A DNA stretch of 64,000 nt, from contig NW_019091358.1 of NCBI RefSeq assembly GCF_001949145.1, positions 434,961 through 498,960 on the forward strand. The letters are read 5' to 3'. Positions within the stretch are counted from its first letter, which is position 1. Each line of letters begins with the position of its first letter. Of the stretch, positions 52,401-64,000 are shown in pieces. This DNA is from Acanthaster planci. Lineage: Eukaryota. The notes beneath the pieces were generated by a model. The model was not told the DNA's origin, did not search any database, and saw only the letters and a program-made list of their open reading frames with translations. The translations under genes and the position numbers were made by a program.

Positions 52401-53326
52401 TCGATGTAGCTTGGCCCACTGGCAAACACTGTCTTAGTTCAAGAAATACATGGTAGGACTGTGTCTTGTAATTTCTACCTTGCACGGATGATGATTTTGA
52501 AATGAATGTTATTTGTTATGTTGAAATACTTCACGTGAACTAAATGTTTTCTCTTTTTGTTAACCTTTACACATTTGAACATGGTCTGGGAAACATGTAA
52601 ATGGATGCATGTTTACAACATTTATCACTGTTTATGTCAGGTACAGGACCTTGAAATGATGGATGGTTATTTTGCCTGTTATTGTTGGCCTTATATGCTC
52701 ATGTATGTTTTTGTCATCTCCAATTATGTTAAATTTGAAAATAACTATTCGAGGAGTCGACAATCGCTCGAAAAATAAAATATACAAATATTTTATCTTC
52801 GGCACAGCATTGAAGAACATACCGGAATACGTGCTGTACTTTCAGGGGTATATTGGGCATTTGGGCCAAAACTACTTTTCAAAACTGAAAATCTCAAACA
52901 TTCTCAAGCAAGAAAAAGCAAACTTTAAAATCAAAGAAAGGTTGTTTGATAGTGAAATTGTTTGACATTGACTGCATGATGCGTGAAGTGAAACAAATCT
53001 TCAAGGCAGATTTCTTACCACTTCTTATTGTTGCTTCAACGTTGTATGGAAATTAGTGGACCCCATAAATTGACCGTATAATTAATCAAACCCATAATCG
53101 AAACAGGATTGGAAAGTAATTAATCAAAAAACTTGAAGGCCCTGTTCAGTCAGACCAAGGCAGTCTCACGTTGTCTGTGCAGGCTGGCTTTTCTTTAGGA
53201 CACTGACCATGTTGCTCAATATTGTGCTGTTGCCATAGGGGCCATGTAAAGATAATTACATGTAGGTTATAGATCCTTTTTATATTTTCTACTATCCGTA
53301 CTGTACAGAATGAACAGATGGATTCA
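49425..53326. repeat. Tandem duplication, copy B (~3.9 kb)
   Basis: Same start and end as copy A, followed by a single N at 53327. Differs by substitutions, small indels and a MITE insertion. Confidence 0.95.
51380..51638. mobile_element. MITE family GGGTC..GACCC (copy 2), present only in duplication copy B
   Basis: Inverted match to 10301-10554. The empty site is visible in copy A at ~47780. Confidence 0.85.
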
Positions 53327-56300
53327 NACCTGCATTGTCACAAATGCATTTTTATGTAAATGTACTCTTATTTACTCCATCTAAACAGCAAATAAGTTCC
53401 ATGTTTCAAGCATTCTGTGTTGTATAAATTGTGCCGTCGTATGAGAGAAATTCATTGGAAATGCTGTTTATAGTTATTTTTTGTCCTTTCAAATTTTCAA
53501 TGTACTAGTAACATGTTAACTGCATTAGAAATTTATTAAAACTCATGTTGGCCACATTCTTTTGGAAGCAAAATTATAGCACAACTGTGATTTTAATAGT
53601 TGGAAAGATTCATGTTTCCTCAGTGCTTATTTTGGTTTTCGTGGTACCGCGTATGTTCCACGTACATGTACATTAAACTGAGGGACCTGTTTGTTTTCTC
53701 AACACACGACCAACCACTGTGAAACAGCCCCTCCATGAAAGCTGCACACTACTCATTTTCCATCCCTTCCAAATCTGAACCTTTGGACCTTAGCCCGCCT
53801 TCACGCCTATACTTGGAGCATCACGTCACAAAGATCGCTGTGGAATTGTTTGCACTAGCAGAATTGAAGTGTTTGCGTATATGCATACATACGCAGTTCC
53901 TTGATGGTAGAACATCTGATTTTGTCTAATCTCTGGAAGTTTGCTGCGTTTCACATAATAAATGAAACTTGACTGCTACCAAGTCTCATTATGAATGTAC
54001 AGGTAAGTTTGGTGTTCAGGGTGGTATTAGTTTTGTTTTTATTGTACATTGTACATGCACATCATCCAGTCAGTCATTCAGAATCTTTCATGTGTAATTT
54101 CAAAAATGTTTTGATGGTTTTGGGGAGTTTCTGTTGTTCTGTTAATAGCCATGGGAGCTTACAGCTGTTGATATATTGTTTACATTTTGCAAATTGACAT
54201 TGCAAACAGGTGTAGCCTATGAAGGGAGTCATAGAAACTGTTCCATGTCTCACTTTTCCCTGCTCTACAGAAAGAGAAACAAATCCTCCAAAAAGGAAAG
54301 AAAAGTTCTAAAGCAAAAGCAATAAAGAGAAACAGGGAAGAATAAACTTCCAAACTGAAGTTTGGGGGCGCCAGCACAGCGGTTTTCAAGTTTAATGTGA
54401 TAGGCCTAAGACATGGCCTATCACTCTATCAAAGAACATCCTCCCAAATTCCTAATTTCTGAACAGTACATGTACATTAGTTTCTTCAAAAACAGGATTT
54501 CTTTTTTGTTCTTTGAGAACTTCATTTGATTGTTGAGAGCGAAATGCTTTGTAGCAACAGGGTCAACTCTTGTATCAATGGGAAAAGTTACCTTACCGGT
54601 ACTAAGATGGAACTGCATTCGCAACAGGAAATTGTACCAATAAAAACCTAATCTTTGAAGGGCAATTCGCTACTTAATAATTTCCTGTGCCCCGGTACAT
54701 GTACATTAACATCCAATCGTGTTTTGATTGATATTGACACATACATGTACATATTTACATGTACACGTATGTACGTGCAGCGCTGAGTTTCACTGGCTGT
54801 ATCACACCAGGAGATCATTTAGGAAATGGCAGTTTAAATTCGGGCAGACATGCAACTCAGTCTTTCCAGAAGTACTAGTAAGCTGTGCTTTACGGAAACA
54901 TGATCTGCCAGGTAGGACAGATATGTGTGTTAATTAAGAGAGGGGTACACATGACAGTATTTGCTGTATGTGTGCAGTGTGCTGTGCATTGGTAATGGTA
55001 ATGGGACATCCTATTGTCATTTAAATTACCCGTATGCTCCGAATGCTGGAGAAATTGATTGAATTTCACTCAATACGACGGTAGGCCTACTCTGTACATG
55101 TACNNNNNNNNNNNNNNNNNNNNNNNNNNNNNNNNNNNNNNNNNNNNNNNNNNNNNNNNNNNNNNNNNNNNNNNNNNNNNNNNNNNNNNNNNNNNNNNNN
55201 NNNNNNNNNNNNNNNNNNNNNNNNNNNNNNNNNNNNNNNNNNNNNNNNNNNNNNNNNNNNNNNNNNNNNNNNNNNNNNNNNNNNNNNNNNNNNNNNNNNN
55301 NNNNTGTACATGTTCTCTGCTCATTTTCATTTTGTTACATGCACATCTGTACCAGTACAGGTACATTGATCTAGTGTACACATGTGCATCATTTAAGTAT
55401 TTTCACTGTTGAAATGTACATGTACATGTATGTACCGGTACATTGCAAACGTGCTTAATTTGAAATTTAAAACTTCTGAATTGCAGAACAGTTGAAAAGA
55501 CATTTCAGGAAAGCAATAGGAAATTTGAAAGATTTCAACTTTTTTTCTGTACAATTAACCAAAAAGAAATGTCAAATTATAGTTTCCATTCATTCAGGAG
55601 GAATGCGTGTACATTATGTACAATTGTAAATGTAGAAATTGGCTCAAATTTTGTGTCTGTGGATTGCAAGAAATCTTCAGTTGAGCAAGGAGCATTAAGT
55701 CTCCGTCCTTGTACACTTCTGTATTGATTTAAATAGACTAGAATATTTAACAAGACAACCTTGATGTTCACTTTGCCCAGTGTGCATAGTACAATGTATG
55801 TCTGATTGATTTTTCTGGTCCACCACTGAAATTAAATTTGATGCTAACCGGACATCTCGGGTGAGATTCAGAGAAGACAATCGTCGGTAAACGAGGATGC
55901 AAGAGATGGAGCATTGGCAGCCTTGGATTGACATGTGATTTACCGGTACATGCACATGTATGGGGCTCTAAGGAGCAAGGTTGCTGAGGGAGAAACTCGA
56001 GAGCTTTTCATGAAATTCTTCTCACTGGAAATTGCAATCTTCAAATTTACAGTGTAACAGAAAATCTGCTTTTTTATTCAATCAGTGTGATTAAAAACAA
56101 ACTGAAAAAGCAAGTGTTATTGCCATCAATCTTGGATGCATCATCGTTTTGTTTCAGTTTAAATTCTCTTTTTTTGAATGGCCTCCATAGCATTTGGAAA
56201 TGTGTACGTACATGTACATTGTACATGTCCCAGTACGATACATGTCTTTCCAATTTGGGACCCCAGCCATGTACAGATGGTGGATCTTGGGTCCTCTGTT

Positions 56301-57523
56301 GTTCAGTGTCACACATTGAAAGAATGCAGAAACTGTCACATGCAGATGTACATGTACATGTGCATGTTCATACATAGACACACACAATAACCATCTTGAG
56401 TAGAGGGGTTTGCTCGTTTATTTTACTTTCAAACTGACACCTATGACTATGTGTCTAATGTACACTGATTTTAGAGAGACAAGGAGCAATCCTTTATCAG
56501 TACATTCAGTACAAATACAAGAATAGGCACTGGCAGATACCTTTTTAAAAAACTCTTTCACAGAATGTGTTGACATTCCAAAGTGGCGACGTTATGGTTA
56601 CCACAGCACTTGACATTTGAATATACAGTACACGGGTACTGGTACCTATACAAAATGCACACTGTGTCTTCAGTTTCAAATTAATAAATTACTAAGCTAT
56701 TGTGACGTGTTACCATTTGCCACTGTTCATCAATAGAGGACAAGTCATCCTATTGATGACGTATACACACATGTACTACACATACAACATCCATTTTAAT
56801 TCCAGTATTTAAAGAAGATTGTATTGCGGATGTTTTGCAGTGGGAATGCTTGCTTCAGTACACATACTTCAGTGGTTTACGACCTCACCCTGTTAATTTG
56901 TTTTTCTGTGGCATGCTGTGGATTTGGTAGGATTTGATTTTGCTTGACTAACGATTAACACTCTTTGTTCTGTGAATATGGTACATGTACATGTATCAGT
57001 GAAAACTTTCAAGAATGGTGTTGGAGCCATGACCCACTTGTACTTGTACCAGCAGACTGGGTGGTTGATTTTTGCAAGCACATGATTTTCCCCAAGTTGA
57101 TTTAAAAGTGAGATTATTTGTACCTTGCTTTGCCAAGAATGTTGTGACGGTTGTGTACATAACACTTTGCACTGAACACATATTTAGGTATTTCTTAATG
57201 TTTATGCTACATGTATGGTAGGGGTATTTGTATGTAGGGCCGTATAAATAGACAATCATATGGTACAGTACTTGAAAAATAAGGTACATGTACAACAAAA
57301 TGAAAATGTACATATTTCTGCAACTTTTGTCATGTGGATGCTTTGCTGAATGACAATCGTTTTGCATGAGTGTGGCTCCTTCGCAGTAATGCCAAACTTG
57401 TAATTATCCTGAAATCTGGGCCTCTCATTCTCTTTCAGATTTTGGGTGTGATGAACCTGTAGCTTTTCCTTGAGAAAACGTCTAGTCGCACCTGTTCCTC
57501 TTGAAACCCACCGCAAAGCCGAC

Positions 57524-57679
57524 ATGAGCCAGAACGGACCTGTGCATGTGGAGATGACCCTTGATCCAGCCCCTACCAACGGGCCATTGAGCACCTTCGC
57601 CCCACTGAATCATGACCCAGAGGACGACATGAGTGATGACTTTGCCATCCCTGAAGATGACAGTGGCGACAACATGAAG
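57524..57679 (+). CDS. PDZ-domain protein, first coding exon
   Basis: Acceptor ctctttcag at 57439, then MSQNGPVHVEMTLDPAPTNGPLSTFAPLNHDPEDDMSDDFAIPEDDSGDNMK|gttagt (phase 0). Confidence 0.65.
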
Positions 57680-59051
57680 GTTAGTGTTTTGAAAAGAAAA
57701 TTCTTATGAATTCGATATTACATGTTTGTGTAATTATTTATTGAAATTGAAATCATTGAAATCTCTGAAGATTAGCTGATCCCAGCCATCCAGATGAGAA
57801 AGCCCGATGTGGATGGTAAGTGTCAAATGAAGCCCAGATGGTGCTGTTAACCTGTAACAACGGGCAACCTGACCGTGTATTAACATTTGGTAATGCCCAC
57901 TGCCCAATAATGCCTGCTGCCCGAATCACTTGCTGGCTCCTGGAAGCAAGACAGATTAATTGATTTTGACTGGTAATGCGGCTCAGGCATAAGTGGCATC
58001 CATTCTCCTGAGCCGGTCTTAAACGCACGTCTAACACTGGCCAAGCACATATTTATTCCCTTAGTAAGTGCTATTTTAAGAGATGGTATATTTCATGGTC
58101 ATTGTATCCAATGGGTTGGCAGTGAAGGGGCCAAACACTACCCTCTCATAATAAGTGACATGATGAGGGCCTACAAAAGGAGTTGGTCACTTCAGAATGG
58201 TTCCTTCAGCCATCACAAACCCCAAATCCAGTAGAAACAGTTACAAATGTCGTGAATGATGTCTGAGAGTATTTCAAAGACATACCAGATACATGTACAT
58301 GTAACCCCTGAAAATGTTGAAACCTGTAATTGAAATGCTATTCACAAAGACTTCTAATTTTCTGACATGCCAATTTACCAGTAAATTCATGTATATGGTA
58401 TATTGCAGTGAATGAATAATAACGATGAAAGTTTTGGTTAAAAAACAAATTTTTCAGTCCACCGGCCGGGCCAGTATTCGTAACATTTTACCAAACAGGG
58501 TTTCATCGTGACAGAAATTGTCATATTTTTGAAGCTCCTCTGGAACAAATTGTCCCCACAGAAGTGCAAGGAAAAATTTGGCTAGGCCCAAGTGTTTGCT
58601 AAATGTCCCCAAATACATGTACATGTACACTGTAACCCAACTTTTTTCACATGTATAATGTGCTCAGTGTTAAAGTTAGCCTCACACTTTGGCTCATTTT
58701 GGACTTCAAAACTTTACACAGATCTACAACTTTCAAAGACCACTGTATACTACCGGGTACACCTGTACGTTTTGCATCCAAGTGCAAAAATGAAAGACTA
58801 AGTGCACAATTTAGTCAACTTAATGGCAAACCTTACCGAAAGAAAAATTGATTTAATTACATGTACTGGTATCTCTAAACAGAATGACCAAGAAACTTGT
58901 GCTACTGTACATATACTTCCGGCAACACACTAGAAATTTGTATTTTAAAAACTTTTTGTCTCTATTCTTACATGTACCGTACATGTACTGTACATGTACG
59001 TTAAATTCTTATGCAGTCACTTACCAGTACATACCGGTACTGTAGCATATT

Positions 59052-59660
59052 TTATACAAGACAAACTTTCATACTGCATTTCTTGATCTTGCTTTGGCTA
59101 TGAGGCCAAGTCCCCCAGTATACATGTACACTACCAAATACATGATCATTATAGTACCAACCGTTCAAAAGGACAGAAGTACACTTCTTGTACCACCATC
59201 CTCCCCTGAATTCAAGAGCACAGTTGTCAGACCACAAGTCATTGTCCCTGTCGAAGGTTGAGAATACATGTACCTGCAGCCACTGTAGCAAGGGGTGGTG
59301 ACCAGTGGGCTGTCTGCATGAGTGTCAAAATACAGACTGCCACAGTGCATCACAAAGTTAGAACCCAGGACCCTGGTACTGCTATTCAGATCACAGAAGC
59401 TACATGTAGTGCGTTTGTTGTATGTAGTGAACCGAATGACAATCAGGATCGGCGTGGCAGTCTCTCACACAGAGTATGTGAGAAGGTATTAAAATCTGCC
59501 GATACGTGAAATGTAGTAACTCTTTGTTCTCTGCCAGATGAAATTGTCTGTGTTGCTGGTACAGGTTGTATGAAATACCTGTTGCCCAGCAGCCTTTGAG
59601 CAGAATGACAATGGAAGTGAACAGAAAAGAGCCCAGAATCTGCAGTTTGATTGAAGCCAT
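59052..59660 (-). pseudogene. Intronless signal peptide-PAN/apple-fibrinogen C-terminal (FReD) pseudogene, antisense within the PDZ-gene intron
   Basis: MASIKLQILGSFLFTSIVILLKGCWA (signal-like); LCVRDCHADPDCHSVHY/CDLNSSTR..GSLYFD (PAN-like); then directly [31 protein letters not shown] (FReD C-terminus). Two frame changes, and most of the FReD domain is missing. Confidence 0.78.
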
Positions 59661-60112
59661 GGCTGTGTACAAATATATGTCAGACTCAGATCTGACTCAG
59701 TGTTCCACGTCTGTGTGTGGTTGTGTTGTCACTGTGATATTTACAGGAAACTTCAAAATGTACATTTTCACTGCTGGTGTTTTTTGCATGGAAGTGTACA
59801 TGTGGAAGATGTCTTGATCAAGGGATTTACCTTTTCGTTAGTTGTACTGTCATCAATAACTTAAACTGCAGGATTCTTGTTCATCTTCACCCCAGCGTAG
59901 ATTTGCTGGCTAGTGTTAATTGCACAGTATTGATTGCAGCAACCTTGATTCCACAGTCAAGAATGGACCAATCGACCAAAATGAAGTGCTCGTGTTTGGC
60001 TGATTGCAACAAGCAAGCTTACTGTTCACGTACATGTACATCTACCATATTTTGTACATGTACCGGTACCTTGTATGACACTTCATGTAGAAGTGATTGT
60101 TTTTCATGGTTT

Positions 60113-60467
60113 GGGGTCGGCTGGCCAGTCCGAGTCAGGTGAAGCAGCAGGTACTGCAAACTATTTTCAAGATGTATTTTTGCGTTGGGGAGATTTTAAT
60201 TTGTATAACAGCTTTTACCCTTACCCAACGTATATATTGATACACACTGTATGCTCGCAGTACCCGCTGCTTTACCTGACTCGGACCGGCCAGCCGACCT
60301 TAGCAAGCTCGGTGGTAGAATGGTTAAGACGTCTGCACTAGTAAGCAGGAGGTCCTGGGTTCGAGTCCCACCCAAGTAAGCTTGTGAATTTTTTCGCAAG
60401 CTCTCGGACAAGCACTGAGCATACAATGTTTATCAATATACATGTACGTTGGGTAAGGGCAAAACCC
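60113..60467 (+). mobile_element. Modular inverted-repeat element containing a tRNA-Thr-derived cassette (copy 3)
   Basis: tRNA-like unit at 60306-60378 (TGGTAGAATGG..TCTGC-ACTAGTAA-GCAGG-AGGTC-CTGGGTTCGAGTCCCA) with TTTTTT at 60389. Same modules as 17948-18266 but in a different arrangement. Confidence 0.72.
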
Positions 60468-60502
60468 ATCATACAACATTTCAGGAGTTGTACATTATAA
60501 AG

Positions 60503-60878
60503 TGCACCGATCGGGTGCCCAGCAGAAGGGCATAAGCACACTTAGGCCCTTTCACCTGGAAGCATGATCACAGCAGAGAAAATGTTCCTGGCAAAAGGGC
60601 GTAAGAAATACACTCTCTTTATTTAGTAAAAATGGATATAATTTACTACAAAATCAACCTGGGCTGTACAAAAAGCAACCTTTGAACAAGTTATTAAAGG
60701 ACTTGTGCTGTTTTTTTTACTTATGTACTTTTTGCCAAGAAATCTTCATATTTCATTAAAATACAATAGTCAATACTTTCATCCTTTTGCCGGGAAAAGA
60801 TTCTTTTGCAGTGATCATGCTTCCTGGCAAAAGGGCCTAAGCACTTACGCCCTTCTGCCGGGGACACAACGATGTACA
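60503..60878. mobile_element. Long-TIR MITE
   Basis: Arms of ~100 bp: gcagaagggcataagcacacttaggccctttcacctggaagcatgatcac versus gtgatcatgcttcctggcaaaagggcctaagcacttacgcccttctgc. Confidence 0.65.
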
Positions 60879-61280
60879 TGTACAGTATACAATGTACATA
60901 CATGTATGTACTGTACATGTACATGTACAGTATACTGTTGGCGGTCAGTTGAACTTTTTGCATTACAACTTGACAGTTCTACATTTTGGAAGTACACGTG
61001 CCAATACAGTAAATGTATGCACAATCTAAGTTTGCACAGTTTTAGTGTGTAAGAAACAGAATACTGTGTCTTTTGCAAAGATCCAAGTACATGTATGGTT
61101 GTCTTTGTATGATATGCATAGAGTATATACTGATATACCAGGTTGTGTGTACTGGTGGTATCTCAACCGTTACAGTGCACGGTACATGTCCTGGTGCGTC
61201 GATCTTTCACCCTTTCCCTCCAACAATCATTGCGTAATTGACAAAATTCCTCGCTTTGTTGGTGTTTCCTCGGTCTGCAG

Positions 61281-61389
61281 GAGGTCTTCGTTGTGTTGGA
61301 AATGCTAGATGATGATGAGAGATTCGGCTTCTCTGTGATGGGTGGCATTGAAGAGGGGTTCCTCCCCAGAGTGGATGAGATCTTACCAG
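61281..61389 (+). CDS. PDZ-domain protein, exon encoding the PDZ N-terminal half; the gene continues beyond the window
   Basis: tcggtctgcag|EVFVVLEMLDDDERFGFSVMGGIEEGFLPRVDEILPG|gtaaga. FGFSVMGG corresponds to the PDZ GLGF loop and betaB strand. Confidence 0.8.
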
Positions 61390-64000
61390 GTAAGAGTGGT
61401 CCTGAACAATGTTTGTGTTGTTGTAGAGATGGTGTGATTGCAGATGACAGGCTGGGTGCAGTATGCACTTTGGACGGGTGATCCTTCCACGAAGGACTGC
61501 CTCATGATTTTCTGACCAGTCACTGCCGTGAGCATGGAGCATGCGCTCTGGCTTTGGGGAGGCATGCATGTTGCTTCCCATTTGCAGAAAGGGTGGGGTG
61601 TTAATAGATTGTGTGTTTTTGAGGGACGATGGCATACCCAGGATTGGGAGGGGGGTTGAGTATGTTTAACCCTTTTTTTTCGAAGTTTTATTTTAGGAAT
61701 TGAAAGTTCCAACAGTTTGGAAACACTACCATTACCTTCCATGGGTGGGGGATACTTCAAATACCCTGATTAAAAATCGGACAATCGTTTTGGAAAAAAA
61801 ATTCCCATTCCCCGTTTAAGTCATACCCAACCCTCAGACTCAGTGCAGGGATATGCTACCGGTAGGCTTGAAGAGTATGGATTGATAAACATACATACAT
61901 ACCTAGTACGCACATATGCTGTGCACGTATACCTGTAGTCTGAAGCCTCAGAGACAACTTTTGCAAGTTATGCAGGTTACCGGTACGTGTGTAGACCATT
62001 TTCACTTTGCTGTTTGCATGGGCAGCCAAAGTTTGCGGAAATATTACCCTACCGCCCGGTTAGTGTGGCTTGGGATTTAACCTCAGAATGTGCCCCACAT
62101 CTTTTAAAGAGGGCCGTAGTTTTATTCGGTACTGACTTAGGTAGTTGGTGCTTATTGTTTTTGAGTAGTGAATGAATTGTTCTTTTTATGCTTAAATTGC
62201 ACTGACAGCTAGCCATAGTTCTACCAGCCCCGGCTGGTAAAACCACTGATGTTGGCATTAAAATAACAGATTACACATACTGTAGCATGCTGTTCTGAGG
62301 TACATGTACACTGTACATTGTACATGTACACATTGTGTATTTGTACTGGTACCGGTATGTACATTGTTTTCTGGATATGGCACTCCAAGAATCAAGCTAC
62401 CGTACCTGTATTTGATTTGTGCACCTGTTACACATGTATGGGTATGTACAGTGTAGTGTTAGCATTTTAAATGTACCGGTACAGTAAAAAATTCATTTGC
62501 CCCGAGTAAAAAAAAAACCATCATGATAAAGATATGGTACATGTACATGTACATGTATTGGTACAACATGTACAGTACTGTCAGTACATGACATGGATAT
62601 CGGCAAGTTTTTTTTTGGGGGGGGGGGAAGGTTGACGACTTTTTCTAGGGTGGGGCAAAGCACTTACATGTACATGCAGCAGCATGAAGGAAACAGTAGA
62701 AGGGGTCATTCTGAGGTACCAGTCTTCTCAAGTATAAATCACTTCACCCCCTTTTCTCCCTTTTTTGTTTCTCTTGGTTTTTCATTTAAAAGTTTGAAAT
62801 TACTCATTCAGAAGTAGAGTATGATACCGGTATCTGTTCAGAAATATGCATACACATGCAAAAGTACACACGGACATGTACATGGTACGGTACCTCTCAT
62901 GTTCTAGGGAAAAATCCGTCCAATGATTGTTCCCCTTCCAAAAGTGTACTGCTATATCATGTGTGCAATGTCACTGATGAATATACATGTACATGAATTT
63001 ACTCAGTGCACTTTGGAAAAGCACTTGTTATTTCCGCCCATGTACAGGTACTGCGTGCAGTACGATGTGCTTCAACATTATTTCAGCATACAAGATTATC
63101 CAGTGTTTATTTTTGTAGATTTGAGAGCATCTGCTTGAATTTTTGTAGTGTTCAAAGTTCAAGCGATGCTGTCTACATTGTGTACACAAACCCATAATTT
63201 ATAGCCCGTTGCCTGGTGAAAATAAAGGCATGCTACCGGTACCTGTGACCATTACATGCAATCTTACATGTTGTGCACATCGGTAGCTCCCTCTGGAGTT
63301 GTACATCAAGCTACATGTACATCTACCAGTACATATACATGTACCGTACAGAAACATGTACATACATGACTGTACATGTTCGTGTGTACACGTACATGTA
63401 TGTACTTCACATTTGCTGACACCTGCTCACCATTATCTTCTTGCTGTGTACGTGTACATGTATCTGCAATACTGCCCTCTTTTGGCAACTGCTGTCAAAG
63501 AGGCTGGAAGACTTCTCTTTATCGTGTGGTGGCCAGCCACAGGTTGATTTTTACCGTTACATGCAGAAATGCTGACAGTGTGCATAAAAAGTATGCGCCG
63601 GTATGCATAAGTGTGTACATGCATAGTATGTATTTCACTGTTGCAGGGTGATGGTCATAAGGTTTAAGCTGGGGGGAAAGGTTACGGTAGATTCTGTATC
63701 TTTTTGTACTGCATCCTGCTGGTTGGCTACATGTACATGTACGTGTACTTTGCTCACCCTGTGTTGCCCTGACATGCCTGAGGTTATGTACATTTTCTGA
63801 CATTACCAGTGACAGAATTAGACACCTTAGTGGACGAGTTTGTGGAACATTTCAAAAAAGATGGTACTAGTACTTCCTTCCAGTGATTTCATCAAGTTGA
63901 ATTTGTTCAACTGAACACTTTGTTGTTGAAGACAGTTTTAGATACTGTACATGTACGGTGTACATACATAGGCATTGTTATGCAATAAAATGCACATTTA

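Noticed and set aside
63299..63803. Overlapping ORFs rich in HV/TC/YM dipeptides
   Set aside because: Translations of stop-free TACATG repeats, not proteins.
1..64000. CRISPR arrays, operons or prokaryotic defence systems
   Set aside because: The DNA is spliceosomal-intron-containing eukaryotic sequence with no regularly spaced repeat-spacer array.

Overview
Intron-rich eukaryotic DNA from a marine invertebrate, probably an echinoderm (inferred from gene families and repeat style). The ORF track misses most genes because they are spliced. Genes read directly from the sequence: a two-coding-exon BAF/BANF1 gene (-, 3732-5010) with an unprocessed pseudogene copy about 20 kb away; a CHST8-14/HNK-1-family carbohydrate sulfotransferase (+); a complete 10-exon SLC3A1/rBAT-like gene with a degenerate GH13 active site (+, 27565-35261); a class I SAM-methyltransferase-like gene with two compensating frameshifts (+); a C-type lectin with an unusual cysteine pattern (+); and the 5' end of a PDZ-domain gene (+), whose intron holds an antisense PAN-fibrinogen pseudogene. 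Repeats include many MITEs, a V-SINE-like element, a degraded LINE, a modular inverted-repeat element carrying a tRNA-Thr-derived cassette, and a ~3.6/3.9 kb tandem duplication that is probably two haplotypes. The most striking signal is a dense, regionally patterned set of TA->TACATGTA / TAGGCCTA / TACCGGTA micro-insertions. They are polymorphic between the duplicated copies and look like DNA-transposon excision footprints.
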